From an uncultured Dehalococcoidia bacterium (GTDB lineage Bacteria; Chloroflexota; Dehalococcoidia; Lucifugimonadales; UBA1127), in contig CAJWXP010000002.1 of the NCBI GenBank assembly GCA_913049785.1, positions 24,368 through 88,367 of the forward strand: a stretch of DNA of 64,000 bases, written 5' to 3'. The notes under the pieces were generated by a model that was not told the DNA's origin, did not search any database, and saw nothing but the letters and a program-made list of their open reading frames with translations. Position 1 is the first letter of the stretch. Every line of letters starts with the position of its first letter. Position numbers and translations under genes: made by a program. Shown here piece by piece: positions 27,357 to 36,075 of the stretch.

Positions 27357-28702
27357 TGGCTGAAGAGTACACACCCCTCGGATACACGGCTTCAATCCAC
27401 TATGACCGACGCCTCTACAAGGAGGATATCGCTGGGTCTATTGCCCATGCCCGCATGTTGGGCCGGCAGGAGATCATCACGCGAAACGAGGCTGCGAAAA
27501 TCACCGATGGCCTTGCAATCGTACGTGAGGAAATTGAAGCCGATACCTTCCCCTGGAAGCAGGAGCTTGAAGACCTGCACATGAACATAGAATCGCGACT
27601 GCATGAGCTTATCGGCGAGACAGCTGGGAAGCTGCATACAGCCCGGTCTCGGAACGACCAGATAGCCACGGATATGAGGCTCTACGTCAGAGGTGTAGCA
27701 GCAGAGACCATAGAGCAAGCCCGGAGCTTGCAGGGTGCCCTTGTTTCTCAGGCCAAGCAGCACGTGGAGACGGCTATGCCCGGCTACACCCACGTGCAGC
27801 GCGCTCAGCCTGTTGTGTTAGCTCACCACCTGCTGGCCTACGTTCAGATGCTTGACCGCGATGTGGAGCGCTTCACCCAGACCATCGCCAGGGCGAACGT
27901 CCTCCCGCTTGGCAGCGGCGCGTTGGCAGGCTCGCCGTACCCGCTGGACCGCGAGTCCGTGGCTGCGGAACTCGGCTTCGACGGCGTCACGGAGAACAGC
28001 ATGGACGCCGTCTCAGACCGCGACTTCGTGCTGGACTACCTCTCTGCCGCCGCCACCTGCATGGCCCACCTATCGCGGCTGGGCGAAGAGTTCGTAATGT
28101 GGTCGTCGGAGGAGTTCGCATTTCTACGCCTCGCGGAAGTCGATACCACCGGCAGCAGCATCATGCCGCAGAAGCGCAACCCTGACCTGGCAGAGCTGGC
28201 GCGGGGTCGTACCGGCCGCGTGTACGGCCACCTGATGGCCATGCTGACGGTCATCAAGGGCCTTCCCCTCACCTACAACCGTGACCTCCAGGAAGACAAG
28301 GAAGCGCTCTTCGATACGGTGGATACACTGCTGCCAACGCTGGCTGCGTTCACGCGCATGGTCACTGGAGCATCGTTCAACGTCGAGCGCATGGCCCAGG
28401 CTGCCGACGGTGGTGGCTACAGTCTGGCGACAGAGCTGGCCGACTACCTGGCTCGCAAAGGTGTGCCCTTCCGGCAGGCCCACGGTATCGTCGCAGAATT
28501 GACGCACTATGCTTCCAGCGAGGACAGGCGTTTCGATGCGATGACGCTGGAGGAGTACCGCCGTTTCTCCCCCAAGTTTGATAAAGACATCCTGGGCATC
28601 ACGGTGGCTTCTGCGCTGGCGGCCCGCGATGTCCCCGGCGGCACAGCGCCATCTCAGGTGGCAGCGGCCTTGAAACGCGCTAAGGAACGGCTGGGCCTCT
28701 GA
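27356..28702 (+). CDS. argH: Argininosuccinate lyase
   Basis: The motifs TARSRNDQ, the fumarate-lyase signature GSSIMPQKRNPD and YNRDLQEDKE are present. Confidence 0.95.
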   Translation: MAEEYTPLGYTASIHYDRRLYKEDIAGSIAHARMLGRQEIITRNEAAKITDGLAIVREEIEADTFPWKQELEDLHMNIESRLHELIGETAGKLHTARSRNDQIATDMRLYVRGVAAETIEQARSLQGALVSQAKQHVETAMPGYTHVQRAQPVVLAHHLLAYVQMLDRDVERFTQTIARANVLPLGSGALAGSPYPLDRESVAAELGFDGVTENSMDAVSDRDFVLDYLSAAATCMAHLSRLGEEFVMWSSEEFAFLRLAEVDTTGSSIMPQKRNPDLAELARGRTGRVYGHLMAMLTVIKGLPLTYNRDLQEDKEALFDTVDTLLPTLAAFTRMVTGASFNVERMAQAADGGGYSLATELADYLARKGVPFRQAHGIVAELTHYASSEDRRFDAMTLEEYRRFSPKFDKDILGITVASALAARDVPGGTAPSQVAAALKRAKERLGL

Positions 28703-28760
28703 ACCTGGCTGAACGACACTGCCTTCCTACTCCTGGTTCTCGCGGGATCACTATTGAGGT

Positions 28761-30065
28761 ATGCCCCGATTGGCTAGCGAAGACATAGATCGAAAGTCTC
28801 CACAACGACTGTTTTACGGGTGGTGGGTGGTTGCCGGTGCGCTCATGCTGCAGATGCTGCAAGGCGCATTGTTGTTCCAGGCCTTTGGCGCATACTTTGT
28901 TCAACTCCAGGCGGAGTTCGGCTGGAGCCGGGCATCGCTCTCTTGGTCATTCTCTCTTCTGCGCGTAGAGAGTGGCCTGCTGGGACCTCTGCAGGGATGG
29001 ATGATTGAACGGTTCGGGCCTCGCATGGTCCTGGCCGTGGGCCTTGTCATCTTCGCCCTGGGCTTCATGTACCTCAGCACCATCGATTCGCTGTTCACCT
29101 TCTACCTGGCCTTTGTCGTCATCGCCATCGGATCAAGCCTGGGGGGGTTCCTCACCCTTTTCGTCACTGTTGCCAACTGGTTTGAGAAAAACCGAGCCAC
29201 CGCGTTAGGCATTGCTGCAACAGGCGTGAGTATAGGCGGCATGATTGTTCCTCTTGTTGCCTACGCGCTGACTACTTACGGCTGGCGGTCAACGGCATTC
29301 GCCTCCGGGTGGATCATCCTTGGCGTTGGTCTTCCTCTCGTCCCCCTCATGCGTTCAACTCCGGAGCGCTACGGCATGCTACCTGACGGGGCACCGAGGC
29401 CGGATACGGTTGATGGCAAGCAAACCGTATCCGCTAGCGATGGTGATTTCACCGCCAAAGAGGCCATGAAGACGTCGGCCTTCTGGCTCATCTCCTTTGG
29501 ACATGGCAGCGCTCTCTTGGTTGTGGGTGCGCTGATGGTTCATCTCATCCCGCACCTTGTAGACCGCATGGACATGTCCTTGGGGTCGGCAGCGCTAGTG
29601 GTGACCGTCATGACTACCACGTCCATCTTTGGGCAGGTGGGCGGCGGGTTTCTGGGCGATCGAATGGACAAACGCCTTATTTCCGCAGCCTGTATGTTGG
29701 CTCACACCGTTGCACTCATCGGAATCGCTTACGCGTCTTCCCTATTACTGATCTATGTATTTGCGGTAATCCACGGCCTAGCCTGGGGTACCCGAGGGCC
29801 ACTGATGGGAGCGATCCGTGCCGACTACTTTGGAAGAAAGTCATTACCCACGATCATGGGGTTCTCTTCGTTGATCATCACGGTGGGCAACGTGGTGGGG
29901 CCTGTGTTCGCGGGCTTCATGGCGGATTGGCAGGGTGACTACCAGATGGGGTTTGTGATCCTAGCTGTACTCACGGGGTTGGGGACGGTCTTCTTCCTGG
30001 CCGCGAAAAAGCCTGCACCGCCGCCCCGTGTCATAGCCCAGCGCCCTACCGTCGACGAGGGATAG
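28761..30065 (+). CDS. MFS transporter (oxalate/formate antiporter-like)
   Basis: 434 aa with about 12 predicted hydrophobic segments and a central loop. It has a typical MFS layout. Confidence 0.8.
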   Translation: MPRLASEDIDRKSPQRLFYGWWVVAGALMLQMLQGALLFQAFGAYFVQLQAEFGWSRASLSWSFSLLRVESGLLGPLQGWMIERFGPRMVLAVGLVIFALGFMYLSTIDSLFTFYLAFVVIAIGSSLGGFLTLFVTVANWFEKNRATALGIAATGVSIGGMIVPLVAYALTTYGWRSTAFASGWIILGVGLPLVPLMRSTPERYGMLPDGAPRPDTVDGKQTVSASDGDFTAKEAMKTSAFWLISFGHGSALLVVGALMVHLIPHLVDRMDMSLGSAALVVTVMTTTSIFGQVGGGFLGDRMDKRLISAACMLAHTVALIGIAYASSLLLIYVFAVIHGLAWGTRGPLMGAIRADYFGRKSLPTIMGFSSLIITVGNVVGPVFAGFMADWQGDYQMGFVILAVLTGLGTVFFLAAKKPAPPPRVIAQRPTVDEG

Positions 30066-30076
30066 CCGAGGGAAAT

Positions 30077-30115
30077 AAAAGAGTCCCGTCCTGACTAATC
30101 AGGCGGGACTCTTTT
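30077..30115. terminator. Bidirectional intrinsic terminator
   Basis: The sequence aaaagagtcccg(t)cctg-actaat-caggcgggactctttt has A and T runs on either side. Confidence 0.8.
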
Positions 30116-30129
30116 CTGTGGTTCTGGAG

Positions 30130-30327
30130 TTAGGTGGGTGTGCCGGAGAGGTTGCCTGCCTCTATGTAGGCTTCTCCCAAGCTGCTGAAGGTTGTGGTCG
30201 CACCGCCAAAGTCCACTTCGTACTTCGGCTGGGCCTGCCCGGAACTGATGACCTCAAACAACAAGGCTTTGCCCTTTGGGCCCTCAATGGTGTGCAACTG
30301 TGTCCTTGAACTATCCTTTGTCGTCAT
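30130..30327 (-). CDS. Small hypothetical protein (65 aa)
   Basis: The ATG at 30327 is preceded by an AAGGGAGG SD. I regard the remainder of the listed 152-aa ORF as 5' run-on. No motif was recognised. Confidence 0.5.
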   Translation of the reverse strand: MTTKDSSRTQLHTIEGPKGKALLFEVISSGQAQPKYEVDFGGATTTFSSLGEAYIEAGNLSGTPT

Positions 30328-30541
30328 ACGTGCCTCCCTTATCTTCTTGCGAGTTGGATTAGGATATACAACTTGCTTCCACTGTTCAATAGTTGTCCTT
30401 CGACCAGAGCAGCGGAGACGCAACGCCTGAAGGAATCTCCGTGCGTCACCAAGAGAATACTCCATCGGAAGGTTGAGTTTGACAGGGCCAAAAGACCCTA
30501 AAACGGGGCCATACGTCCCAATACCAGTGTTGGCAAAGCTG

Positions 30542-30593
30542 GTATCTGCAGATACTATACGTCCGCAGAATAGAGCAGGGTGTGTCACACCCT
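30542..30593. promoter_or_regulatory. Two perfect palindromes in a divergent intergenic region (candidate operators)
   Basis: gtatctgcagatac (30542-30555, 14 bp) and agggtgtgTcacaccct (30577-30593, 17 bp). Confidence 0.4.
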
Positions 30594-30614
30594 AACACTT
30601 AAGGAGGATTTGTC

Positions 30615-30774
30615 ATGGATGAAGACGCTAAGAAAACAGCTCTACGGATGATCCCTTACGGCATGTATGTGCTCACAACCAAGAGCAATGACGGCGAGGT
30701 GGTGGACGGCCGGTATCCGACGAGAGGATAAGGCCATCGTCATGGGTGACCACAACCTCTTCTACGGCGGCTAA
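30615..30774 (+). pseudogene. Remnant of a flavin reductase-like (FMN-binding split-barrel) gene with an internal deletion
   Basis: An AAGGAGG SD precedes the ATG. The N-terminal part MDEDAKKTALRMIPYGMYVLTTKSNDGEV runs into a stop after 38 codons. A C-terminal-like AIVMGDHNLFYGG* follows in another frame. Confidence 0.55.
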
Positions 30775-30812
30775 TCCCGATTCATCGGGATACCCACGCT
30801 CTCAGAAGGTTA
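30774..30812 (+). repeat. Family-A repeat copy
   Basis: The sequence reads atcccgattcatcgggat acccacgctctcagaaggtta. Confidence 0.65.
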
Positions 30813-30831
30813 CCCCACTAAATAGACACAT

Positions 30832-30863
30832 AAAAAGGGCCTCTCATTTGAGAGGCCCTTTTT
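30832..30863. terminator. Bidirectional intrinsic terminator
   Basis: The sequence aaaaagggcctctc-attt-gagaggcccttttt. Confidence 0.85.
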
Positions 30864-30885
30864 AGTTCAGCGAATCTGGGGTTTG

Positions 30886-31809
30886 CTATGCCTTGGCGGG
30901 AGTCAGCTCCCCAAGGATCTGCCCTGCATTGGTGTGGGACATGACCTCAAGCTCTCTCTCCGTGAACCCGTTGTCCAGCAGGTTGGTCATGAACATGCCC
31001 ATGCCCTCCTCAACCCACGGGGCAGTGCTCTGACCCAGGTCTGTGGACAGGATGGTGGATGCAGGTCCTATGGTGCGAATGTTCTCGTACACCGTTGACC
31101 ACTCCACCTTTCCAGTGAAGGGCTGGGTGAAACATCGCTCGAACATCACATCGTATTTGGCGAGTTCCTTCTGCTGGTCGATGGTCAGGAACGTCGCGGG
31201 AAACTCCGGGTGAGTGATGACAACACGGTTGACCTTTGCTTCTCTAGCAGCCTGCACTACCGGAATCATCTCCTCAGGGGCGATGTGGCCAGTAGCCAGA
31301 ATCATGTCGTAATCAGCAATGACTTCCATGCACTGTCGCGCCGATTCCGTGACCTTGCCATCGACGACGACTTTCACCGGGCCGCCGGAAATGCCCTTTT
31401 CCAACATGGCTTTGGCGATGGTCATCCAGTAGGGCTGAGGCACTCCTGGTACCGGCTCACCAGCTATGTTTTTGGCCTCGTTCTCAGCATCTACGGTGGG
31501 GAACCAGACGACCTTGGTGCCCAGACGCCCTGCAACGTCCACAGCCTGAGGGTTCAGCCCACCCATGGAGTTGTTTAAGCAGAGGCCACCAAAGGCCTTG
31601 AGCGCAGGGAACATCTCGTTGATCAGGTTGGCACGGTCCGCTGTGCAGATGTAGTGCGACTTCAGCACTACTCCCGCCATACCGGCTTCTATGGCGTGCT
31701 CAGCCAGTACGATGTCGTTGAACTTCCTGGGTAGCACGTCCGGCGCACTGTGGATGTGCATATCGTAGGCGCCGCGGATCAGCTCTTTCACCATTGCTTG
31801 GTCAGCCAT
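30886..31809 (-). CDS. Amidohydrolase-superfamily TIM-barrel protein (DUF6282-like)
   Basis: The motifs YDMHIHSAPDV.PR, VVLKSH, GGLNPQAV and VVWFPT are present. 307 aa. Confidence 0.65.
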   Translation of the reverse strand: MADQAMVKELIRGAYDMHIHSAPDVLPRKFNDIVLAEHAIEAGMAGVVLKSHYICTADRANLINEMFPALKAFGGLCLNNSMGGLNPQAVDVAGRLGTKVVWFPTVDAENEAKNIAGEPVPGVPQPYWMTIAKAMLEKGISGGPVKVVVDGKVTESARQCMEVIADYDMILATGHIAPEEMIPVVQAAREAKVNRVVITHPEFPATFLTIDQQKELAKYDVMFERCFTQPFTGKVEWSTVYENIRTIGPASTILSTDLGQSTAPWVEEGMGMFMTNLLDNGFTERELEVMSHTNAGQILGELTPAKA

Positions 31810-31921
31810 TGAGTTCGCCTCCTACCGAGTAACAGTTTATTGTTCGATACAATGTCACAGGGATGGTAGCTATTGGCTGATGGGGCTGTCAACCGCAACT
31901 AACCCCATCGCTAGAAGCCCA

Positions 31922-32818
31922 CTACGCTGATAGCTTCAATGTCGGCTTGATGATGGTGGCCAGCTCATCCATGAAGTTCTGAGCGGTGCCGGATAGTGGC
32001 TTCCCCTTCAGCGTCACCACACCCACCTGTTCAGGGATCAGAAGGTTGGTTAAGGGATAGATGTCCAGCTCCGCCGCATCGCCTGCGGACAGTGTGATAT
32101 CCGGCAACACAGAGATTCCCGTCCCACCGGCCACATACTGCTTGATTGCTTCGATGCTATCTGTCTCCACCACTAGGTCGTAGCGGAGACCACGCTTCTC
32201 AAAGGCATCGTCCAGCAGACGTCGCGTTCGTGAGAGGGTACTCAACATGACCATTGGCCATCGCGCCAACCCGCTGAACGTGGGGTCACCCTGTTGACCC
32301 ACCGGGTGACCCTTTGGTGCGATGAGCACTCGTTCAAGGGTGAAAAGTGGGGAGAAGTTGTACCCGATGGGAACGTCACCCGTGGGCAGTATACCCAGGT
32401 CAGCGTCACCCTCGGCCACCATGCGCAGGATGTCCGTCTCCCCACGAGACCAGAGCCTGAGCAGGTTCTTGGGGTACTTCTGCCGGAAGGTAGTTACTGG
32501 TTCGTGAAGCACCTGGGCGATCAACTGGGAGGGCGCAGCAATCGTCACCGGTCTGATGTGTTCCAGGTCATAGGTGAAAGATTCCAACGCGCCGATGCCT
32601 TCCACCAGTGGACTGGCCATCTCCAATAACGCGCTGCCTGCTGTGGTTAGTTTTATCGGCCTTCTGCCACGAAAAAGGAGCTGAACGCCAAGTTCCTCTT
32701 CCAGCTTCTTCAGGTGCTTTGTGGCCGCTGGCTGGCCAAGGTTGAGGGAGCGGGCTGCGGCAGAAATGCTGCCCAGCTTCGCAACGATGCAAAACGTCCG
32801 TAATTCTCGAAACTCCAT
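31922..32818 (-). CDS. LysR family transcriptional regulator
   Basis: The HTH reads MEFRELRTFCIVAKLGSISAAARSLNLGQPAATKHLKKLEEELG. The start was set at the ATG at 32818. Confidence 0.9.
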   Translation of the reverse strand: MEFRELRTFCIVAKLGSISAAARSLNLGQPAATKHLKKLEEELGVQLLFRGRRPIKLTTAGSALLEMASPLVEGIGALESFTYDLEHIRPVTIAAPSQLIAQVLHEPVTTFRQKYPKNLLRLWSRGETDILRMVAEGDADLGILPTGDVPIGYNFSPLFTLERVLIAPKGHPVGQQGDPTFSGLARWPMVMLSTLSRTRRLLDDAFEKRGLRYDLVVETDSIEAIKQYVAGGTGISVLPDITLSAGDAAELDIYPLTNLLIPEQVGVVTLKGKPLSGTAQNFMDELATIIKPTLKLSA

Positions 32819-32840
32819 GGCGCCTTCTCCCCTGATCGGC

Positions 32841-32855
32841 ATTCCTTATAGGAAT
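32841..32855. promoter_or_regulatory. LysR-type T-N11-A palindrome
   Basis: The perfect inverted repeat ATTCCTTATAGGAAT lies 23 nt upstream of the LysR start. Confidence 0.5.
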
Positions 32856-33065
32856 ATATCCTATGACATAGTATGCCTTGAGACAAGAGGCCTATTCTGT
32901 ACCGTTTCCGTATTCTGAACAGTGGCCGTTAGCGGTTGACGTGGTGCTCACTACGACGCAGTATTTCTGGTGAGCCACACTTGAATAATGGGTCGACCCG
33001 GAGAGGAGCATGGCTGAGTTTTTTGGTGACCTTGAACGATTGGCTGCTGATCTGTACCCATACAG

Positions 33066-33957
33066 ATGGCTTTTGGTGCGGGGACTATCGTGGCAATCGC
33101 AGGTGTTATTGCGTACGCATACTCCCAATGCTGGCACTTCGTTCTTTGGCACCACCGCAAACCGGTAGCCATCATCGGTGTTCCGGCCTTGTTGATGGTC
33201 GGGTTCATCGGCTATGACCTGGGGTCTCCACTATTTACCAACAAGACTGTCAATGAGGAGTTTCCTTTTGCCTTCACCACAACAGCCCCGGCAGACATGA
33301 GTCGGCAACAGGTAGAGGATGTCATGGCAGGTATCGCTATGGTGGATCAAACCATCCAAGAGGTGATGCCAAAATCAATGGCTGCCCCGGAGGTGACCGG
33401 AGCGCCCCTCGTCCCAGAGCTCTCTTCGTCCCAACAACCCCTCACGGTTGCCTCTCCTGCGACAAATGAGACCACTGTTGCCACAGCCAATACCACTTAC
33501 CACCGATACTCCTCCACCCGCTGCTATCGCGACGCCTGCGCCAGTTCCAAGCCCGACATTGGCAACGACTCTTCAACCCGCTCCTGTACAACCCGAATCC
33601 GGGACTGTGAAACTCAAAGCCGGAAGCTTCCGTGACCAGGACAGCTTCCACAAAGAAAGTGGGCAGGAGACCATCTATCGGGGTCCTGATGGCTCTCACT
33701 TGCTGAGGATAGAGGACTTCAAGGTCACCAATGGACCCGACCTGCACATCTTCCTCTCGCCGCACCCAAATCCCACTAATCTGGATGAGCTATACACCTT
33801 TGGAGCTGTCGATCTAGGTAAGCTGAAGGGCAACATAGGAAACCAGAACTACCCTATCCCAGAGGATGTGGACGTGAGCATCCAAATGACCGCCGTGATC
33901 TACTGCGTGCCGTTTCACGTGTTTTTCAGCATTGCGTCACTGGATGATGTGGGATAG
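33066..33957 (+). pseudogene. Membrane-anchored DM13-domain protein, apparently frameshifted
   Basis: ORF 33066..33635 encodes two TM helices plus a T/P-rich linker. ORF 33448..33957, in a different frame, encodes a P/T linker plus a DM13-like domain (GSFRDQDSFHKESG...DFKVTNGPDLHIFLS). The two overlap, and the frames switch plausibly near 33470-33500. Confidence 0.55.
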
Positions 33958-34073
33958 ACGAAAAACGGTCTCTAGACATTCTGCTCAGCGTTGGCCTTGT
34001 GCGCCCTCTGTGATACCCTCCGCCAAACTTCGCGCGTTCCACAACGTGACAGGGGCGCGGAAAGAGGTGCGAG

Positions 34074-34982
34074 ATGGCTGATCGAGTAACTACCAGGTTC
34101 CAGAAACTCCTCAAAGACCCAGAATTGCTGGTGATGCCCGGCGGGTTCAGCCCGTTGATGGCACGCATGGCGGAGTCCATTGGGTTCCGGTCGTTCCATA
34201 TGGCTGGCTCCCAGATATCTGCCTACGTGTACGGGTACTCGGATGTCGGGCTGCTGACTCGCGACGAGATGGCCCGCAACGCCCATAACATCGCCTCGGC
34301 ATGCGATATCCCGATCTTCGCCGACGCCGACACCGGCTACGGCAACGCGCTCAACGTGTACCACACGGTCCAAGAGTACATCTGGGCCGGTGCAGCGGGT
34401 TTGCACATAGAGGATCAGGAATCGCCCAAAACCTCCGGCACCGGCGAGGGGAAGCGATGCATCTCCATGGCTGAGGCCGTTGGCAAATACAAAGCGGCGG
34501 TGGAAGCCAAGAACGAGATGGACCCGGACTTCGTTATCTGCGCCCGATGTGACCTCATAGGCGCGGAAGGCGGCAGCTTTGAAGCAGCGGTTGAGCGGTG
34601 TATTGCCTACGCCGAGGACGCCAAGGTTGACGCCGTCTGGATCAACAACATCAAGAACGTTGACGATATCGCTGAGGCATGTCGCCAGATACCTGCGCCA
34701 GTCATCCCTCTGTACAGTGGCTCAGCTCCCCAGCCCTCCCTGGAGCAGTTGCATCAGGCGGGTGCTGCAGTGGGGATCTTCCCATCGTTGACCTCCGCTC
34801 CAGGCCTCCAGCCTACCTGGGATATGTTGCACGACTTCAAGGAGCGAGGCGTCGAAGCGTTGTTGGAGCGTCGTGCGACAGACCGGGCAAGCAAGTGGGG
34901 CCCTGTTCGCTCCGATGATTTCACTTACGTTTCTCATGAGACGGCAAAGGCGATAGAAGAAGCTTTTATCCCCAAGCAATAA
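34074..34982 (+). CDS. Isocitrate lyase/PEP mutase superfamily protein, paralog 1
   Basis: The motifs MPGGFSPLMAR, DADTGYG and LHIEDQ are present. The loop reads PKTSGTGEGKRC instead of K[KR]CGH. Confidence 0.85.
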   Translation: MADRVTTRFQKLLKDPELLVMPGGFSPLMARMAESIGFRSFHMAGSQISAYVYGYSDVGLLTRDEMARNAHNIASACDIPIFADADTGYGNALNVYHTVQEYIWAGAAGLHIEDQESPKTSGTGEGKRCISMAEAVGKYKAAVEAKNEMDPDFVICARCDLIGAEGGSFEAAVERCIAYAEDAKVDAVWINNIKNVDDIAEACRQIPAPVIPLYSGSAPQPSLEQLHQAGAAVGIFPSLTSAPGLQPTWDMLHDFKERGVEALLERRATDRASKWGPVRSDDFTYVSHETAKAIEEAFIPKQ

Positions 34983-35015
34983 CGTAGCTTTAGATGAACC
35001 GTGAACGGAGGCGTC

Positions 35016-35972
35016 ATGGCTGAGAAGATTACCACTAGGTTCCGCAGGCTGATCAAGGACCCTAAGCTGCTGTTGATACCCGGCGGCTTCAGCCCCCTGG
35101 GTGCGAGGATGTCGGAGGAGGTGGGATTTGAAGCCTTTTTCCTTGCGGGTTCCCAGTCCTCGGCTTTCCTCTACGGCTTGCCGGACATCGGTCTCATGGG
35201 CAGGAAAGAGATGGCTGAGGCTACGCAGAACATCACCGCAGTCTCGGATATCGCTGTCTTTGTCGATTGCGATACGGGCTATGGCAATTCGGTCAACGCC
35301 TACCACGCCGTCCAGGGCTACGTGCGAGCGGGCGCTGCAGGCCTCCACATCGAGGATCAGGAGTTCCCCAAGCTCTCCGGCACCGGGGCGGGTCGAAGGT
35401 GCATCTCGGTGGAGGAAGCTGTAGGCAAGTACAAGGCGGCGGTTGCCGCAAGGGACGCGATAGACCCGGACTTCGTCATCTGCGCCCGCTGTGACCTCAT
35501 CGGCGCGGACGGAGGCAGCTTTGATGCAGCTGTGGAACGATGCATCGCCTATGTGGAAGAGGCCAAGGTGGACCTCATCTGGCTCAACAACGTCCAGGAG
35601 AAGGGGCAGATCGAAGAGGCGGCCAAACGCATTCCCGGCGCGGTCATGCCCACTTTTGGCGGCGCGCCACCGGCACCATCGCTCGAGGAACTGGAAGCAT
35701 GGGGCATCGCTGCTGCGATCTTCCCGGCAATGACCACGTCTGTTGGCCTTCAAGCCACGTGGGAGTTCCTGAATGATTTCAAGAAGCGTGGCGAGGCAGC
35801 GGCTGATGAACGACGTGAACAGACTAGGGCGAGCAAGTGGGGCGCAGTGCGCTTCAGCGCGTTCTCAACGCCCAACGCGGACATGGTGAAGGAGATTGAG
35901 GACAAGTACCTGCCGGAGGAGTCTCAGCGCGACTATGAGAATACCTTCGGTCATTTCGCTCCGCCATCGTAG
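35016..35972 (+). CDS. Isocitrate lyase/PEP mutase superfamily protein, paralog 2
   Basis: By eye it is more than half identical to paralog 1. The motifs are DCDTGYG and LHIEDQEFPKLSGTGAGRRC. The start was set at the ATG at 35016. Confidence 0.85.
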   Translation: MAEKITTRFRRLIKDPKLLLIPGGFSPLGARMSEEVGFEAFFLAGSQSSAFLYGLPDIGLMGRKEMAEATQNITAVSDIAVFVDCDTGYGNSVNAYHAVQGYVRAGAAGLHIEDQEFPKLSGTGAGRRCISVEEAVGKYKAAVAARDAIDPDFVICARCDLIGADGGSFDAAVERCIAYVEEAKVDLIWLNNVQEKGQIEEAAKRIPGAVMPTFGGAPPAPSLEELEAWGIAAAIFPAMTTSVGLQATWEFLNDFKKRGEAAADERREQTRASKWGAVRFSAFSTPNADMVKEIEDKYLPEESQRDYENTFGHFAPPS

Positions 35973-36075
35973 GGACGCATTGCGTCTCCTGCTACGAGTG
36001 GCATTGATCCGGTGCTATAATGTGGATACTCCGGCGGAAGCTACTCTGCTTCCTGCAAGCGAACCCGAACATCAC

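Noticed and set aside
33010-33168. A 52-aa ORF (MAEFFGDLERLAADLYPYRW...) with a strong SD might be an independent gene.
   Set aside because: After about 20 residues the translation becomes implausible (LLVRGLSWQSQVLLRTHTPNAG). It is more likely the original start of the DM13 gene displaced by a frameshift, and is discussed under that finding.
34074-35972. The ICL/PEPM paralogs might be PEP mutase, forming a phosphonate biosynthesis cluster with the ComDE-like decarboxylase at 48389-49509.
   Set aside because: The loop reads EDQESPKTSG / EDQEFPKLSG, not the PepM-diagnostic EDKxxxxxNS. The decarboxylase is about 13 kb away on the opposite strand with unrelated genes between. No aminotransferase or phosphonate tailoring genes were seen.
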